Assembly: GCA_963823335.1 (NCBI GenBank)
Contig: CAWGLD010000001.1
Location: 672,001-736,000 of the forward strand
DNA from: an uncultured delta proteobacterium
GTDB lineage: Bacteria; Desulfobacterota; Desulfobacteria; Desulfobacterales; B30-G6
Length of the DNA: 64,000 nucleotides
Reading direction: 5' to 3'
The notes under the pieces are model-generated. The model was not told the DNA's origin. It ran no database searches and saw only the letters and a list, made by a program, of their open reading frames with translations. Positions 10,259 through 20,056 of the stretch are shown one piece after another. Within the stretch, counting starts at the first letter, position 1. Every line of letters begins with the position of its first letter. The position numbers and the translations under genes are program-made.

Positions 10259-11562
10259 TGGATGGTATGAACTGCCGGCAAGGGCTTGATAAAATTTTGC
10301 CTCAGGCTGTAGGTATAAGCACCCTGGGTCGGAATCATCAAAATATCACCCACTTGAATATCGTTACCGAAATACATATACCCCCAGATGTCATGGGGTG
10401 TACACAAGGCGCCGAGGATAAGGCACGGCTTTTCATCAAGGGAGGGGCGCGTCAGATTGAGGATGGGAAAATAGTCGTTTTCAAAACGCTCCCAGCCAAC
10501 CGTGTTGGTGCCGGCATCGGTAATCACCAAGTCCGGGGCCTTTTTGTCGACTACCGAAAGAAGCAGGTGCACGGCATCATTGCAAATCCAGCGACCCGGC
10601 TCCAGACAAATCCGGCACGAAACAACGCTGAAAAGATGTTTATGGATAGCAGCGCCGAGTTTTTCAGCAAATTCCTCAATGGGGACCGCCGGCAAACGGT
10701 GATGGGAATCAACGGGACCCGCAGACTGTCCCAGAGCCTCGCACAAACGGCCCTCCAATGTGCCGGCCGGCTGCAGCCATTCACCCTGGGAGGGCCAGTA
10801 ACCACCGCCAATATCGATAAATTCGAGTTGTGTTTGAAACAAAAGGGGCATCTGGGCCAGCGCTTTTCCGAGGGTGGCGATAAAATCGATCTGCTTATGT
10901 GGAGAGAGGTTCCAGCTGGAATGGAACTGTAATCCGATCAATTTGACATGACTGCATCGGCTGGTCTGCTCCCAGAATTTCTGCAGGTCCGATACAGGGA
11001 TGCCGAACTTGCGCCACAAACCATCCGGGTTGCTGTTCAGACGTACCCCACAGTGAATTTTTTTATTCAACTGCGCAGCAATGTCCTCCAGCCGGCTCAA
11101 TTCACCAAAACTGTCCATGAGAATCACCACTCGATCGGTATTGGAAACTGCAAGCCGCAGTTCTTGGGCTGTTTTCCCTGGACCGCTGAACACAATATCC
11201 CGGGCACCGAGTTTCAATGCCATCTCCAGTTCGATGCCACTGGAAACATCCAGACCAAAGCCTGCCTTTATCAGCGTTTCGGAAATATCGGGATGATTGT
11301 TGCTTTTAACGGCGTAATAGAATCCCACCGATGGCAGAACTGCCTGAAAGGCCTCCCTCAACTGGGCGGCCCTGGCCCTGAGAACCGACGCATCCTGCAG
11401 ATAAAGCGGCGCCGGGTGGTTGCTCAAAACCTGCAGATAGAGATCCCGCCTATCAAAATAATAGCTGACAAAGGAGGACAGTTCTTCTTTTGGCAGCAGG
11501 GGACTGCTCTGGGAGAGCAGCGCCTGAAACGTCTGCTGCAAATTGGATCGTTGGGTTGCCAT
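10255..11562 (-). CDS. PLP-dependent fold-type III decarboxylase (diaminopimelate/ornithine decarboxylase family), substrate unknown
   Basis: YYAVKSN PLP lysine, DVSSGIE, FSGPGK, IDIGGG, EPGR, GALCTPHD, GAY. Confidence 0.88.
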   Translation of the reverse strand: MATQRSNLQQTFQALLSQSSPLLPKEELSSFVSYYFDRRDLYLQVLSNHPAPLYLQDASVLRARAAQLREAFQAVLPSVGFYYAVKSNNHPDISETLIKAGFGLDVSSGIELEMALKLGARDIVFSGPGKTAQELRLAVSNTDRVVILMDSFGELSRLEDIAAQLNKKIHCGVRLNSNPDGLWRKFGIPVSDLQKFWEQTSRCSHVKLIGLQFHSSWNLSPHKQIDFIATLGKALAQMPLLFQTQLEFIDIGGGYWPSQGEWLQPAGTLEGRLCEALGQSAGPVDSHHRLPAVPIEEFAEKLGAAIHKHLFSVVSCRICLEPGRWICNDAVHLLLSVVDKKAPDLVITDAGTNTVGWERFENDYFPILNLTRPSLDEKPCLILGALCTPHDIWGYMYFGNDIQVGDILMIPTQGAYTYSLRQNFIKPLPAVHTIH

Positions 11563-11568
11563 CGATAT

Positions 11569-12834
11569 CTACACTATCTCCACGATCAGTTTCTCGAGCA
11601 GTTCCCGGCATTCTACCTGCGGCTCGCCGCGTCCGTCAGGGTGAAAGATGACATGCCCCAGAATCCAGGAATCATAGTCTTCGGGTGGCATCTTGATCCG
11701 GTGTCCTGGCCTGTGCTTTAAATAGACCTCGGCCACACGTTTGTCCTGCTGCAGCCGGCCGACATCGACTGTTTTCAATGTGCCTCCACTGCCGGCATGA
11801 AGTCGCAACCCGATACAGGTACCCGAACCAGTTTTTTTTAATAATCGCAACGGCCGGCCCCGGGAAAAATCCAAAAACAACTTCAATATATCCAGGTTCC
11901 TACACCGCCGCAAAAGAAACGGCAGGCAGTCACCCCCGGGTCGTGGTGCCAGCTCAAGTAAAACGAGCCGGCCCTTATGAATGATAAAATCAAGCATGCA
12001 GACAGCCCGTACAAGACCCAGGGCTCCGGCGCTCGAGACAAGGGTTTGCAGAAAGTGCTCTTCATCCACTGTGGTCGGCAGTTCTGCTGGCAGCAGATAT
12101 CCCAGGGTCGTTCCAAAAGGCCCGCCGGAGGAAAGGATCTTACGGGTCAGCCGGATGACTCTGGCCTGTCCGTTTTCCAGCACGAAATCGCAGCTGTACT
12201 CGTCACCGTCCACCAAGGCTTCGGCCAGTATGACGGGTTCCTCCAAGAAAAAGGATTTGTAAAGACGGTTTCCCTGCCGCTGTTGCAGCCCCTGCTGTAT
12301 ATCACGAAAACGCTTCTCACAGGTACGGGTATCTCTACAGTCAAAGATCAATTCACTGCCACTGCCACTGACCGGTTTTAGCACACAGGCTCCGCCTAGG
12401 TCGCTGAAAAATTCAGCGGCTTCGGTAGCAGATCCTATTTGTTTAACCTGTGGGGTGTTCAGACCCTGTTTTTGCCAGAGAATTTTGGAAAGGTATTTAT
12501 CGCGGCAGTTTTTGACAGCCTGTACAGACGGATAGGACAACGAATATTCCCGGGCAAGAACGGCGGCCAGTTCCATGGATTCACAATCATAGCAGACAAC
12601 CCCATCCAGGTGCAGGCCATATTTGTGAAGGTGTCGTTGCAGCGAATGTCGCACCTGCCCTTCATCGGACAAATCGCACAGGGCTTCTTCAGCGGGTGCC
12701 GGGCAAGGTTCTCGGGCACCGCGGCGTAACACGGGGTCGGTCAGAAACAGGGCCTCCCCAGGACTGCTGCTCCGGATCCAATCGATGTAATCCGGGGTTG
12801 CACCAACCACCAGAACCCTATTGCTATATTGCAC
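11569..12834 (-). CDS. ATP-grasp domain protein (L-amino acid ligase-like)
   Basis: CRDKYLSK, VLKPVSGSGS, EALVDGDEYSCD, LLELAPRPGGD; GTG at 12834 overlaps the GNAT stop. Confidence 0.85.
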   Translation of the reverse strand: MQYSNRVLVVGATPDYIDWIRSSSPGEALFLTDPVLRRGAREPCPAPAEEALCDLSDEGQVRHSLQRHLHKYGLHLDGVVCYDCESMELAAVLAREYSLSYPSVQAVKNCRDKYLSKILWQKQGLNTPQVKQIGSATEAAEFFSDLGGACVLKPVSGSGSELIFDCRDTRTCEKRFRDIQQGLQQRQGNRLYKSFFLEEPVILAEALVDGDEYSCDFVLENGQARVIRLTRKILSSGGPFGTTLGYLLPAELPTTVDEEHFLQTLVSSAGALGLVRAVCMLDFIIHKGRLVLLELAPRPGGDCLPFLLRRCRNLDILKLFLDFSRGRPLRLLKKTGSGTCIGLRLHAGSGGTLKTVDVGRLQQDKRVAEVYLKHRPGHRIKMPPEDYDSWILGHVIFHPDGRGEPQVECRELLEKLIVEIV

Positions 12835-13801
12835 AGGCAACCTGCAGACCGTCGACGGCCTCCTGCCAGGCGACGGTTGCAACCGGTACCGGTAGATTGA
12901 ACATCCTGTATAGGGGCCGTGCGGTCAGATGAAAACGATTTTTCCAGTTGAATTCGCCGCACAGAAAATCGACTTCCTTTAGACGCTGCCGGCAAGCCCA
13001 CTCTATATGATGGAAATTGATCAATTTGGCAACACCCGGAAAATCCGGGTGGGTACCCCCGGCCAGGACTGTATAGGACCGGTTCCAGACAGCGCCGACA
13101 TCCACGGCAGCAATTCGACCGCCCATGAGAACGGTTGTCACACGCAGCATCTTGTTGGCCTGCAGCCAGGCCAACAGGTTCTCAAAGGCCCTTAAGAAAC
13201 GGGCATCATAGAAATAGGATTGCTCCTTGAAGTTATCCAGGTTCATACGAAACAAATGCGCTAGATCATCGAAACAGTCATAACGGTAAGATACGCCTCC
13301 GTCTGTCAAGCGGTTCAGTTCGCTGCGCATTTTTTTACGGGATTTACCCGAAAAAGACTGCATGTAGGTCTGAAAGGAAAAATCATATTGCTGCGGATAG
13401 AACAGATATCCGATCTCGTCAACAACAGCCGCAGAATCACTCGCCAGACGCGGATCATGGGTGAGATAGCGGACCTTGGCCATTCCGGGAATGTGATTTA
13501 CCAGGGCACTGAAGACCTCCGGGTCACTGGCCAGGATTTTATTTTGTTCCAGCCAGGTTTTGCCATGCCATACTTCTCCCGGAAAATTACCGTAGCACTG
13601 CTGCTCGTCAATCCAGCTAAGGGCCAGCATTCCACGAAATTTATGATTTTCACTGGCAACGATAAAATAGGGCATGTAGTTGAATTGGGATTGAAAGCAA
13701 TAACGCACCGGCCAAAGGTCAAAAAGACATTGCTGCGGCCAGTGACGCTGCCAAAGTCCCCGAGCCGCTTCAAGATTTTTACATATATCGATGTTAAGCA
13801 T
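12824..13801 (-). CDS. GNAT-superfamily acyltransferase (FemAB/CelD-like C-terminal domain)
   Basis: SGKSRKKMRSELNRL helix, YTVLAGG, FPGVAKLIN, EVDFLCGEFNWK; GGGGAG RBS. Confidence 0.78.
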   Translation of the reverse strand: MLNIDICKNLEAARGLWQRHWPQQCLFDLWPVRYCFQSQFNYMPYFIVASENHKFRGMLALSWIDEQQCYGNFPGEVWHGKTWLEQNKILASDPEVFSALVNHIPGMAKVRYLTHDPRLASDSAAVVDEIGYLFYPQQYDFSFQTYMQSFSGKSRKKMRSELNRLTDGGVSYRYDCFDDLAHLFRMNLDNFKEQSYFYDARFLRAFENLLAWLQANKMLRVTTVLMGGRIAAVDVGAVWNRSYTVLAGGTHPDFPGVAKLINFHHIEWACRQRLKEVDFLCGEFNWKNRFHLTARPLYRMFNLPVPVATVAWQEAVDGLQVACAI

Positions 13802-13880
13802 CACGCGTCTCCCCAACCGATCTTTTCACTTATACATACCCGTCCGAAATTATGCTCATACAGCATGCGAGACTGTACAG

Positions 13881-13896
13881 AGCAGGTTTCATGCCA
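13881..13896 (-). promoter_or_regulatory. Sigma54 -24/-12 promoter of the GNAT/ATP-grasp/decarboxylase operon
   Basis: TGGCATGAAACCTGCT (GG-N10-GC); AT-rich tract upstream; adjacent bEBP gene. Confidence 0.8.
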
Positions 13897-13983
13897 CCAC
13901 AAGAAGAATTTTTTAACATGCCGATATAATTAAATATTAATTATTGACGGCATGTTTTAAAAGGGCAATTCCGTACAGATAAA

Positions 13984-14025
13984 GTAAATATTTACCGATT
14001 TATGTTGATATTTGTAAAATTTTAC
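13984..14025. promoter_or_regulatory. Paired upstream activator sequences (putative bEBP enhancer)
   Basis: Two perfect 12-bp palindromes, GTAAATATTTAC (13984-13995) and GTAAAATTTTAC (14014-14025), both followed by CG, with starts 30 bp apart. Confidence 0.7.
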
Positions 14026-14094
14026 CGTAATTTGCAAGCAGGTTGGCAATGGCGTCATAACAGGACAGCGGTAGCCCGCCCTATTCAATTGGGA

Positions 14095-14240
14095 TATTAA
14101 CCCGGCGACTAAATAGCCAACCTCCGCCATGCCGGACTTGATCCGGCATCCAGTGTCTTTCTGGATAGCGCTAAAGCTTCACTTCGTGCCCCGCCTGTGC
14201 GGGAATGACAACCGTAGGGTATTTAACCGCCGGAGCAATA
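14095..14240. mobile_element. MITE/REP-like palindromic element (~146 bp)
   Basis: Imperfect terminal inverted repeats (16/22) with TA ends; internal hairpins ATGCCGGA-CTTGA-TCCGGCAT and CCCGC-CTGT-GCGGG. Confidence 0.6.
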
Positions 14241-14360
14241 TGAACACCAACAGTGAGCGCTCTCCCCATGGTTTGCTGGAACGAAGCCGAACTCCCGCCT
14301 GCGGGGCTGCGAGATTCTTGACTTTTTTCGGTATTATTTTACCGTTAATGGAAAAATAAC

Positions 14361-15803
14361 ATGCTCATCCGCGTTGGATTAAGTGTTAAAAGCAGAAACC
14401 TGCAAAACCATCTGGAGAAAGCTCTTTCATACTCGGATGTAAGGGTGGAATCCTTTGGACACCTGCGCTCTGCCTGGTTGAAAGTGGTTCGCAGCGGGTG
14501 CGAGGTCATCGTCATCAGTGAAGCACTCATCCCCCGCCCAACGGATAACGGTCTGGCAATTTTGAATGATCTGCCTGAAAACCCGACCACCGTAATCATC
14601 CATGAAAGTGATTCCGCCGAAGAGCATGCCCAACTGGCGGCGGCAGGAGCCGATGTGGTTCTTTTTGCAGGCATTTCCCGAAAAAGCATGCTGGAGGCAC
14701 TGGAAACGACGCTGGAATCCCGGCGCCAGTTTATCCGTATGAAACGGTTTCACCGGCGGGGTCTGTCCGAGCCAAAAATCGCCGACTTTGTTTCCGAAAG
14801 CCATGTCATGCAGCTTTTTATGGAAGAGGTCCGTCAGATAATTCCGAGTGATTCGCCCATTTTACTGTTGGGGGAAACCGGTGTCGGCAAAGAGCATCTG
14901 GCCAAGGCCATCCATGCCGAAAGCCCGCGCTCCGCCGGCCCTTTTATTTCGGTCAACATGGCGGGCATGCCTGAACAATTGATTGAAAGTGAACTGTTCG
15001 GTCATGAGCAGGGCGCTTTCACCGGCGCAATTCGGTATCGGCGTGGTGCTTTTGAACTGGCCCACGGGGGTACCATCTTTTTGGATGAAATCGGTGATAT
15101 GCCGCTGCACATGCAGGCCAAACTGTTGCGGGTACTGCAGAACTATGAGATCAAGCCCTTGGGCGGTGAAAACCCGTTGGAACTGGACGTGCGCGTCATC
15201 GCAGCGACCAACCAGAAGATTGAAGACGAAATCATGCGGGGTAATTTCAGGCAGGATCTTTATTATCGTCTCAGCGTTTTGATGCAGACCATCCCACCCC
15301 TGCGAGATCGCATTGAAGACATCCCCACACTGGTCAGACGTTTTATCGCATATTACCGCTATAAAATCGGACGGGAAATCAATGGTATTTCCGAAAAAGC
15401 CCTTCAGGCGCTCTGCAGTTACGACTGGCCGGGCAACGTCCGCGAATTGATGAACGTCATCGAACGCGCCATACTGCTGTGTAAAACCGATGCCATCAGC
15501 ATCGTGGAATTGCCTCACGTTTTTCAGGGCGGTGCCGCCTCTCCAAACATGAGCATGTCAGGTCTTCATTTTGAAAACACTGCGTGGTCAGACAAGACCT
15601 TGCCCGAAGTACAAAAAGAGATCATGGATCAAATCGAAAAACTATATCTTGAACAAGTGCTGAAAAAGACACATGGGCGTGTCGACCAGGCTGCCCGGAT
15701 TGCCGGCATCCATCCCAGGGGGTTGTTTACCAAGATGAAGCGACTCGGCTTACGTAAAGAGAATTTCAAAAAGCCGGTCTCTGAAAATTCGGCTGCCGAA
15801 TAG
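14361..15803 (+). CDS. Sigma54-dependent transcriptional activator (atypical receiver-like N-terminus, AAA+, Fis HTH)
   Basis: [44 protein letters not shown]. Confidence 0.95.
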   Translation: MLIRVGLSVKSRNLQNHLEKALSYSDVRVESFGHLRSAWLKVVRSGCEVIVISEALIPRPTDNGLAILNDLPENPTTVIIHESDSAEEHAQLAAAGADVVLFAGISRKSMLEALETTLESRRQFIRMKRFHRRGLSEPKIADFVSESHVMQLFMEEVRQIIPSDSPILLLGETGVGKEHLAKAIHAESPRSAGPFISVNMAGMPEQLIESELFGHEQGAFTGAIRYRRGAFELAHGGTIFLDEIGDMPLHMQAKLLRVLQNYEIKPLGGENPLELDVRVIAATNQKIEDEIMRGNFRQDLYYRLSVLMQTIPPLRDRIEDIPTLVRRFIAYYRYKIGREINGISEKALQALCSYDWPGNVRELMNVIERAILLCKTDAISIVELPHVFQGGAASPNMSMSGLHFENTAWSDKTLPEVQKEIMDQIEKLYLEQVLKKTHGRVDQAARIAGIHPRGLFTKMKRLGLRKENFKKPVSENSAAE

Positions 15804-15958
15804 AATTCTCACAGGCCTTCGTTCATGCTTGCATTTCAGCATTCAGGACTGTAGGCTTGGGAACTTTCTGCATTGCAACGTCGACTTATCAGATCGATTT
15901 TTTCTAGATTGAAAAACAGGGCCCCGGGGCCCGGGTATCGAATAATCCGAGGTCTTCT

Positions 15959-16546
15959 ATGTATTCGCCATTACATTACCAAACTTCTGAATACGATTGT
16001 GTGCCAACAGCCTTTATCAATGCCATAAGCTACCTTTTTAAACGAAATGAGATTCCGCCCATGGTCATCCGCCACATTTATCTGTACAGCCTGGATACCG
16101 TGGGTAAAAACGCAAGATTCGGTATCGGTGGTACCAGCAGATATGCAGTCAAATTGATAGGCAACTGGCTGACTTCCTACAAAATTAAAAAGTTTTCAGT
16201 CACCACAAAATTCCTTGAGGGAGACAGGGTACACTTACGCAAAGGATGCAGGATCTATGCCTGCCTCAAAGACGGCGGTATTGCCCTTTGCAATATTCTA
16301 TTGGGCAAGAGAGAGCCGCATTACCTCATGATCATCAGGCACGTGGATGACTGGCTCTACTGTTTTGATCCCTATAAGAGAGACTCTTTGCGTGGAATAG
16401 AAAACCACGTGTCTATTCTACCTAATGAAAACGGTCGTTCCCCCAATTTAAAGATCAGGACCCAATGGATGGATCAGGAATCAAGAATGCGGTTTTGTCT
16501 GGGCCCTGTTTCCATTCGGGAATGTCTTTTGATGTGGAGAAAATAG
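15959..16546 (+). CDS. Peptidase C39-like / papain-fold protein
   Basis: YQTSEYDC (Q-x5-C), EPHYL and CFDPY give a putative Cys-His-Asp triad. Confidence 0.7.
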   Translation: MYSPLHYQTSEYDCVPTAFINAISYLFKRNEIPPMVIRHIYLYSLDTVGKNARFGIGGTSRYAVKLIGNWLTSYKIKKFSVTTKFLEGDRVHLRKGCRIYACLKDGGIALCNILLGKREPHYLMIIRHVDDWLYCFDPYKRDSLRGIENHVSILPNENGRSPNLKIRTQWMDQESRMRFCLGPVSIRECLLMWRK

Positions 16547-16550
16547 CTCA

Positions 16551-17936
16551 ATGGAACTTCATTCGAAACGGAAAAACAAAAAGGCTTCCATGGAAATGTA
16601 TCAAATGGATATCCAGCGGGCTTTGTCCATTTCACTGGCTGCGACGGACAATCTCACAGAAGGGTTAAACTTGTGCCTCGAAGCGAGTCTGCAGATTTCC
16701 GGTATGGATTGTGGCGGTGTCTACCTTTTCGATACCCGCCATGAAAATCTTGATTTGGTCGTTCACAAAGGACTTTCGAAAAATTTCGTCAAGCACATCG
16801 CAACATATGACAAAAATGCAGCAAATGTATTGCTTATTCAGAAAGGCAAGCCCCTCTATACCGTAACAACGAAGCTGGGGGTGCCCCGGTCTCCGGCGCA
16901 AAAACGCGAAGGCTTGCGAGCCCTGGCATCGTTACCATTGTATGACAAATCAAGGATTGTTGGATGTATCAATGTTGCGTCTCACGTTTTTGATGAGATT
17001 TCCCCTTCCTCCCGCATTGCCCTTGAAACTATTGCTGCGCAGGCAGGCAGTGTCATTGCTCGTCTGCAAGCAAAACAGGCGCTCCAGGAAAGCGAAGAGC
17101 ATTTAAGTTCGTTAATGCTTAACGCTGAGCATTACGCTGTTTATCGGTTACAAATCGATGGTTCAGACCCCCACGGGCTAAGAGTTGTTTTTGTAAGCCC
17201 TTCCATAGCAGATATCACGGGGGTTGCCGACCCGGAGAGGTTCGAGACCTGGTTTGAGAATGTCCATGCCGATGACAGGCAAAGAGTTCTATCAGCAAAT
17301 CAGAAAGCGTTCGAAACCAATGAATTTAATGAAGCCATGAAGATCAACCATCCCCGAAAAAAAGAGCATCGCTGGATCCATTCTATCTCTAAAGGTATTC
17401 GCTCCCAAGATGGCAAGATACAATTTGTCAATGGCATCATCATCGATATTACAGAACGAAAACTTGCCGAGCAGGCATTGCTTGCAAAAGAGAAAGAATT
17501 GGAATCAAAAACAAGCAAGCTCGAGGAGATCAACACCGCCCTGAACGTCCTGTTAGAAAAAAGAGAGCAGGATAAAATCCTTTTGCAGGAGCAGGTGCTG
17601 TCGAATGTGAAAAAACTGGTGATCCCATCCGTTGAAAAGCTGAAAAAAGGCACCCTCAACGAAATACAATCAGCCTTACTGGATGTTATCGAGTCAAGTC
17701 TGCATGAAATCGTTTCACCCTTTTCCCATAAACTGTCCTCTGAATTTTTCGGATTAACGCCCGCTGAAATAGAAGTGGCTGCTCTTGTCAGACAGGGCAA
17801 AGGAACAAAAGAAGTTGCAACAATCCGAAATCTTTCACACAAAACAGTGGCACGTCACAGGGAGAATATAAGGAACAAGCTCGGTATAAAAAATAAAAAA
17901 ATTAATCTGCAATCCTACCTGAACGCCCTCGCATAA
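16551..17936 (+). CDS. GAF-PAS-LuxR transcriptional regulator
   Basis: GAF domain, PAS/PAC ending DITERK, coiled coil LEEINTALNVLL, LuxR HTH LTPAEIEVA...HRENIRNKLG. Confidence 0.9.
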   Translation: MELHSKRKNKKASMEMYQMDIQRALSISLAATDNLTEGLNLCLEASLQISGMDCGGVYLFDTRHENLDLVVHKGLSKNFVKHIATYDKNAANVLLIQKGKPLYTVTTKLGVPRSPAQKREGLRALASLPLYDKSRIVGCINVASHVFDEISPSSRIALETIAAQAGSVIARLQAKQALQESEEHLSSLMLNAEHYAVYRLQIDGSDPHGLRVVFVSPSIADITGVADPERFETWFENVHADDRQRVLSANQKAFETNEFNEAMKINHPRKKEHRWIHSISKGIRSQDGKIQFVNGIIIDITERKLAEQALLAKEKELESKTSKLEEINTALNVLLEKREQDKILLQEQVLSNVKKLVIPSVEKLKKGTLNEIQSALLDVIESSLHEIVSPFSHKLSSEFFGLTPAEIEVAALVRQGKGTKEVATIRNLSHKTVARHRENIRNKLGIKNKKINLQSYLNALA

Positions 17937-17993
17937 TACCCATTTCGAGTAGGCACTATATAGGCAATAAAATGGCCTTGATTGTCTTGTGCT

Positions 17994-18878
17994 TCATGAC
18001 CCGTTGACCCTGTGTGCGCCATCATGGGTCAGAAGGGGTGTATAGAGGGCAGGTCTACGATCCCTGAAGAGCCCCCAGCCACTTCTTTCTGCCGCCATGG
18101 CATCCAGGTCAACCTCCGCCGAGACAACCGTTTCCGAAGTACGGTCAGCCCGCTCCATTAGCCGGCCTTTATTGTCGGTAATAAAGGAAGACCCGTAAAA
18201 AGTAATCGCAGAACCATCGATGTTTTCTCTTCCCACACGATTTGACACCACCACAGGCACCATATTTGCAGCGGCATGTCCTTGTATACAGGTTTGCCAG
18301 TGATCCCTGGAGTCATATTCATGATCTTGCGGCTCGGAACCGATAGCGGTTGGGTAAAGGAGAATTTCAGCGCCCATGAGAACCATGCTCCTTGCAGCTT
18401 CAGGAAACCACTGATCCCAGCAGATGCCGATCCCGATGGTGCCGTAACGGGTTTTCCAGACACGAAAGCCGGTGTCACCGGGGCTGAAATAATATTTTTC
18501 CTGATACCCAGGCCCGTCCGGTATGTGTGATTTGCGATAGATGCCTAGAATGGCACCGTCTGCGTCGACAACCGCAATCGTGTTGTAATAGGTCTGATTC
18601 TTTTTTTCGAAAAAGCTGATGGGCAGCACAACCCTCAACTGTCTGGCGAGTGCTGAAAAATGTCGCACCCCGGGGTTGTCCTGAATATCGGCGGCGAGAC
18701 CGAAGAAATCCTGTTTCTGGGATTGACAAAAATAGAGCGTTTCAAAAAGTTCCTGAAGCAAAATGATCTGCGCGCCGCTGGAGGCGGCCTCCCGCACCAG
18801 TGTTTCAGCCTTGGCGATGTTTTCATCCCGGTCCGTGCTGCACATCATCTGGGTAGCGGCAATGGTTACTTTTCGCAT
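17994..18878 (-). CDS. aguB: N-carbamoylputrescine amidase
   Basis: Nitrilase triad QELF / YRKSHIPDGPGYQEKYYF / ICWDQWFPE; YPTAIGSEP; start MRKVTIAA with GGAG RBS. Confidence 0.95.
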   Translation of the reverse strand: MRKVTIAATQMMCSTDRDENIAKAETLVREAASSGAQIILLQELFETLYFCQSQKQDFFGLAADIQDNPGVRHFSALARQLRVVLPISFFEKKNQTYYNTIAVVDADGAILGIYRKSHIPDGPGYQEKYYFSPGDTGFRVWKTRYGTIGIGICWDQWFPEAARSMVLMGAEILLYPTAIGSEPQDHEYDSRDHWQTCIQGHAAANMVPVVVSNRVGRENIDGSAITFYGSSFITDNKGRLMERADRTSETVVSAEVDLDAMAAERSGWGLFRDRRPALYTPLLTHDGAHRVNGS

Positions 18879-18910
18879 GTGCGTCTTCTCCTTCGAGCCG
18901 CAACAATTTA

Positions 18911-20008
18911 TCAGACGGCCGGGACCTGCTGGGTGATACAATGGATGTTCCCGCCGCCGAGCAAAATCTCGCGGGTCTGTACACCCACGATCACCCGCTC
19001 GGGGAAAAGAGCTTGCAGGGATTGCCTGGCCGCCACATCGTGGGGATCGTCAAAAAACGGCATGACGATGCCTCCGTTGGCCATGTAAAAATTGATGTAG
19101 GACCCGGCCAGCCGGTCCCCGGGATTCCTGGGTCGCGTGTTGTCACTGGAATCGAGACCCTCACTTTCTGTTGCGGTCATAAAAAGAGGGCCTGGCTGAT
19201 GAATTTTATGAATTACGAGGTTTCTTCCCCGGGCATCTTTTGACCGGGATAAAAAATCGAAAGCTTCTTCAGATATTTTTCGCTGGGGATCGGTGACATC
19301 ATCCGTCCATGTGAGAGCAACGACCCCCGGTCTTATGAAACAGCACAGGTTGTCCACATGCCCGTCTGTCTCATCGTGGTAGACCCCTTGGGGGAGCCAG
19401 ATGATTTTTTCCACGTTTAAAAAGGATTCCAGATAATCTTCAATCTGCCTCTTTGAAAGTTGTGGGTTACGGTTGGCATTCAAAAGACAGCCTTCGGTGG
19501 TAATGAGCGTTCCTTCTCCATCCACATGAATGGCGCCCCCTTCCATGATGAATGGCGCCCGGTATCGATCCCTGTTTTCAATTTCGAGTACCTTTTTGGC
19601 AACCCGGTCGTCCTGGTCCCACGGAAAATAGAGTCCTTTTTCGAGCCCGCCCCAGGCGTTGAAGCGCCAGTCAATACCACGGACCACGCAAGTCCTGTCA
19701 TTTACGACAAAGGTGGGGCCCACATCCCGCATCCAGGCATCGTCGGAAGATATCTCCAGGACCCGCACTTGCCCGGGCAACCCAAGGCGGGCATTTTCGA
19801 GCTGGTGTCCTGACACCCCTACAGAAACCTGCTCGAAACGGGATATGGCCGCAGCGACTGCAGCAAACGCTTTTTGTGCGGGCTTGGCAGCAAGCCGCCA
19901 GGTGTCTTGTCGCTCCGGCCAGAGCATCCAGCAGCCCTGGTGGGGCTCGAACTCACCCGGCATGCGAAAACCGTCATTCCGTGGATGGTTGTTCAAAGTC
20001 GTTGACAT
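18911..20008 (-). CDS. aguA: Agmatine deiminase
   Basis: [53 protein letters not shown]. Confidence 0.97.
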   Translation of the reverse strand: MSTTLNNHPRNDGFRMPGEFEPHQGCWMLWPERQDTWRLAAKPAQKAFAAVAAAISRFEQVSVGVSGHQLENARLGLPGQVRVLEISSDDAWMRDVGPTFVVNDRTCVVRGIDWRFNAWGGLEKGLYFPWDQDDRVAKKVLEIENRDRYRAPFIMEGGAIHVDGEGTLITTEGCLLNANRNPQLSKRQIEDYLESFLNVEKIIWLPQGVYHDETDGHVDNLCCFIRPGVVALTWTDDVTDPQRKISEEAFDFLSRSKDARGRNLVIHKIHQPGPLFMTATESEGLDSSDNTRPRNPGDRLAGSYINFYMANGGIVMPFFDDPHDVAARQSLQALFPERVIVGVQTREILLGGGNIHCITQQVPAV

Positions 20009-20019
20009 GTGGATCCATG

Positions 20020-20055
20020 ATAAACACCCCCGTGCATACGCACGGGGGTGTTTAT
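20020..20055. terminator. 16-bp stem hairpin between potD and aguA (terminator or mRNA stabiliser)
   Basis: ATAAACACCCCCGTGC-ATAC-GCACGGGGGTGTTTAT perfect stem. Confidence 0.65.
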
Positions 20056-20056
20056 T

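Noticed and set aside
10255-11562. Calling the decarboxylase lysA or nspC and pairing it with the saccharopine-DH-like gene as a carboxy(nor)spermidine pathway
   Set aside because: Only family-level motifs are present; the two genes are ~19 kb apart under separate regulators
13801-13866. 21-aa minus-strand ORF (MLYEHNFGRVCISEKIGWGDA) with a TGATG overlap to the GNAT start, as a possible RiPP precursor or leader peptide
   Set aside because: Starts only ~4 nt after the predicted TSS with no SD; the GNAT has its own RBS; no precursor-like features
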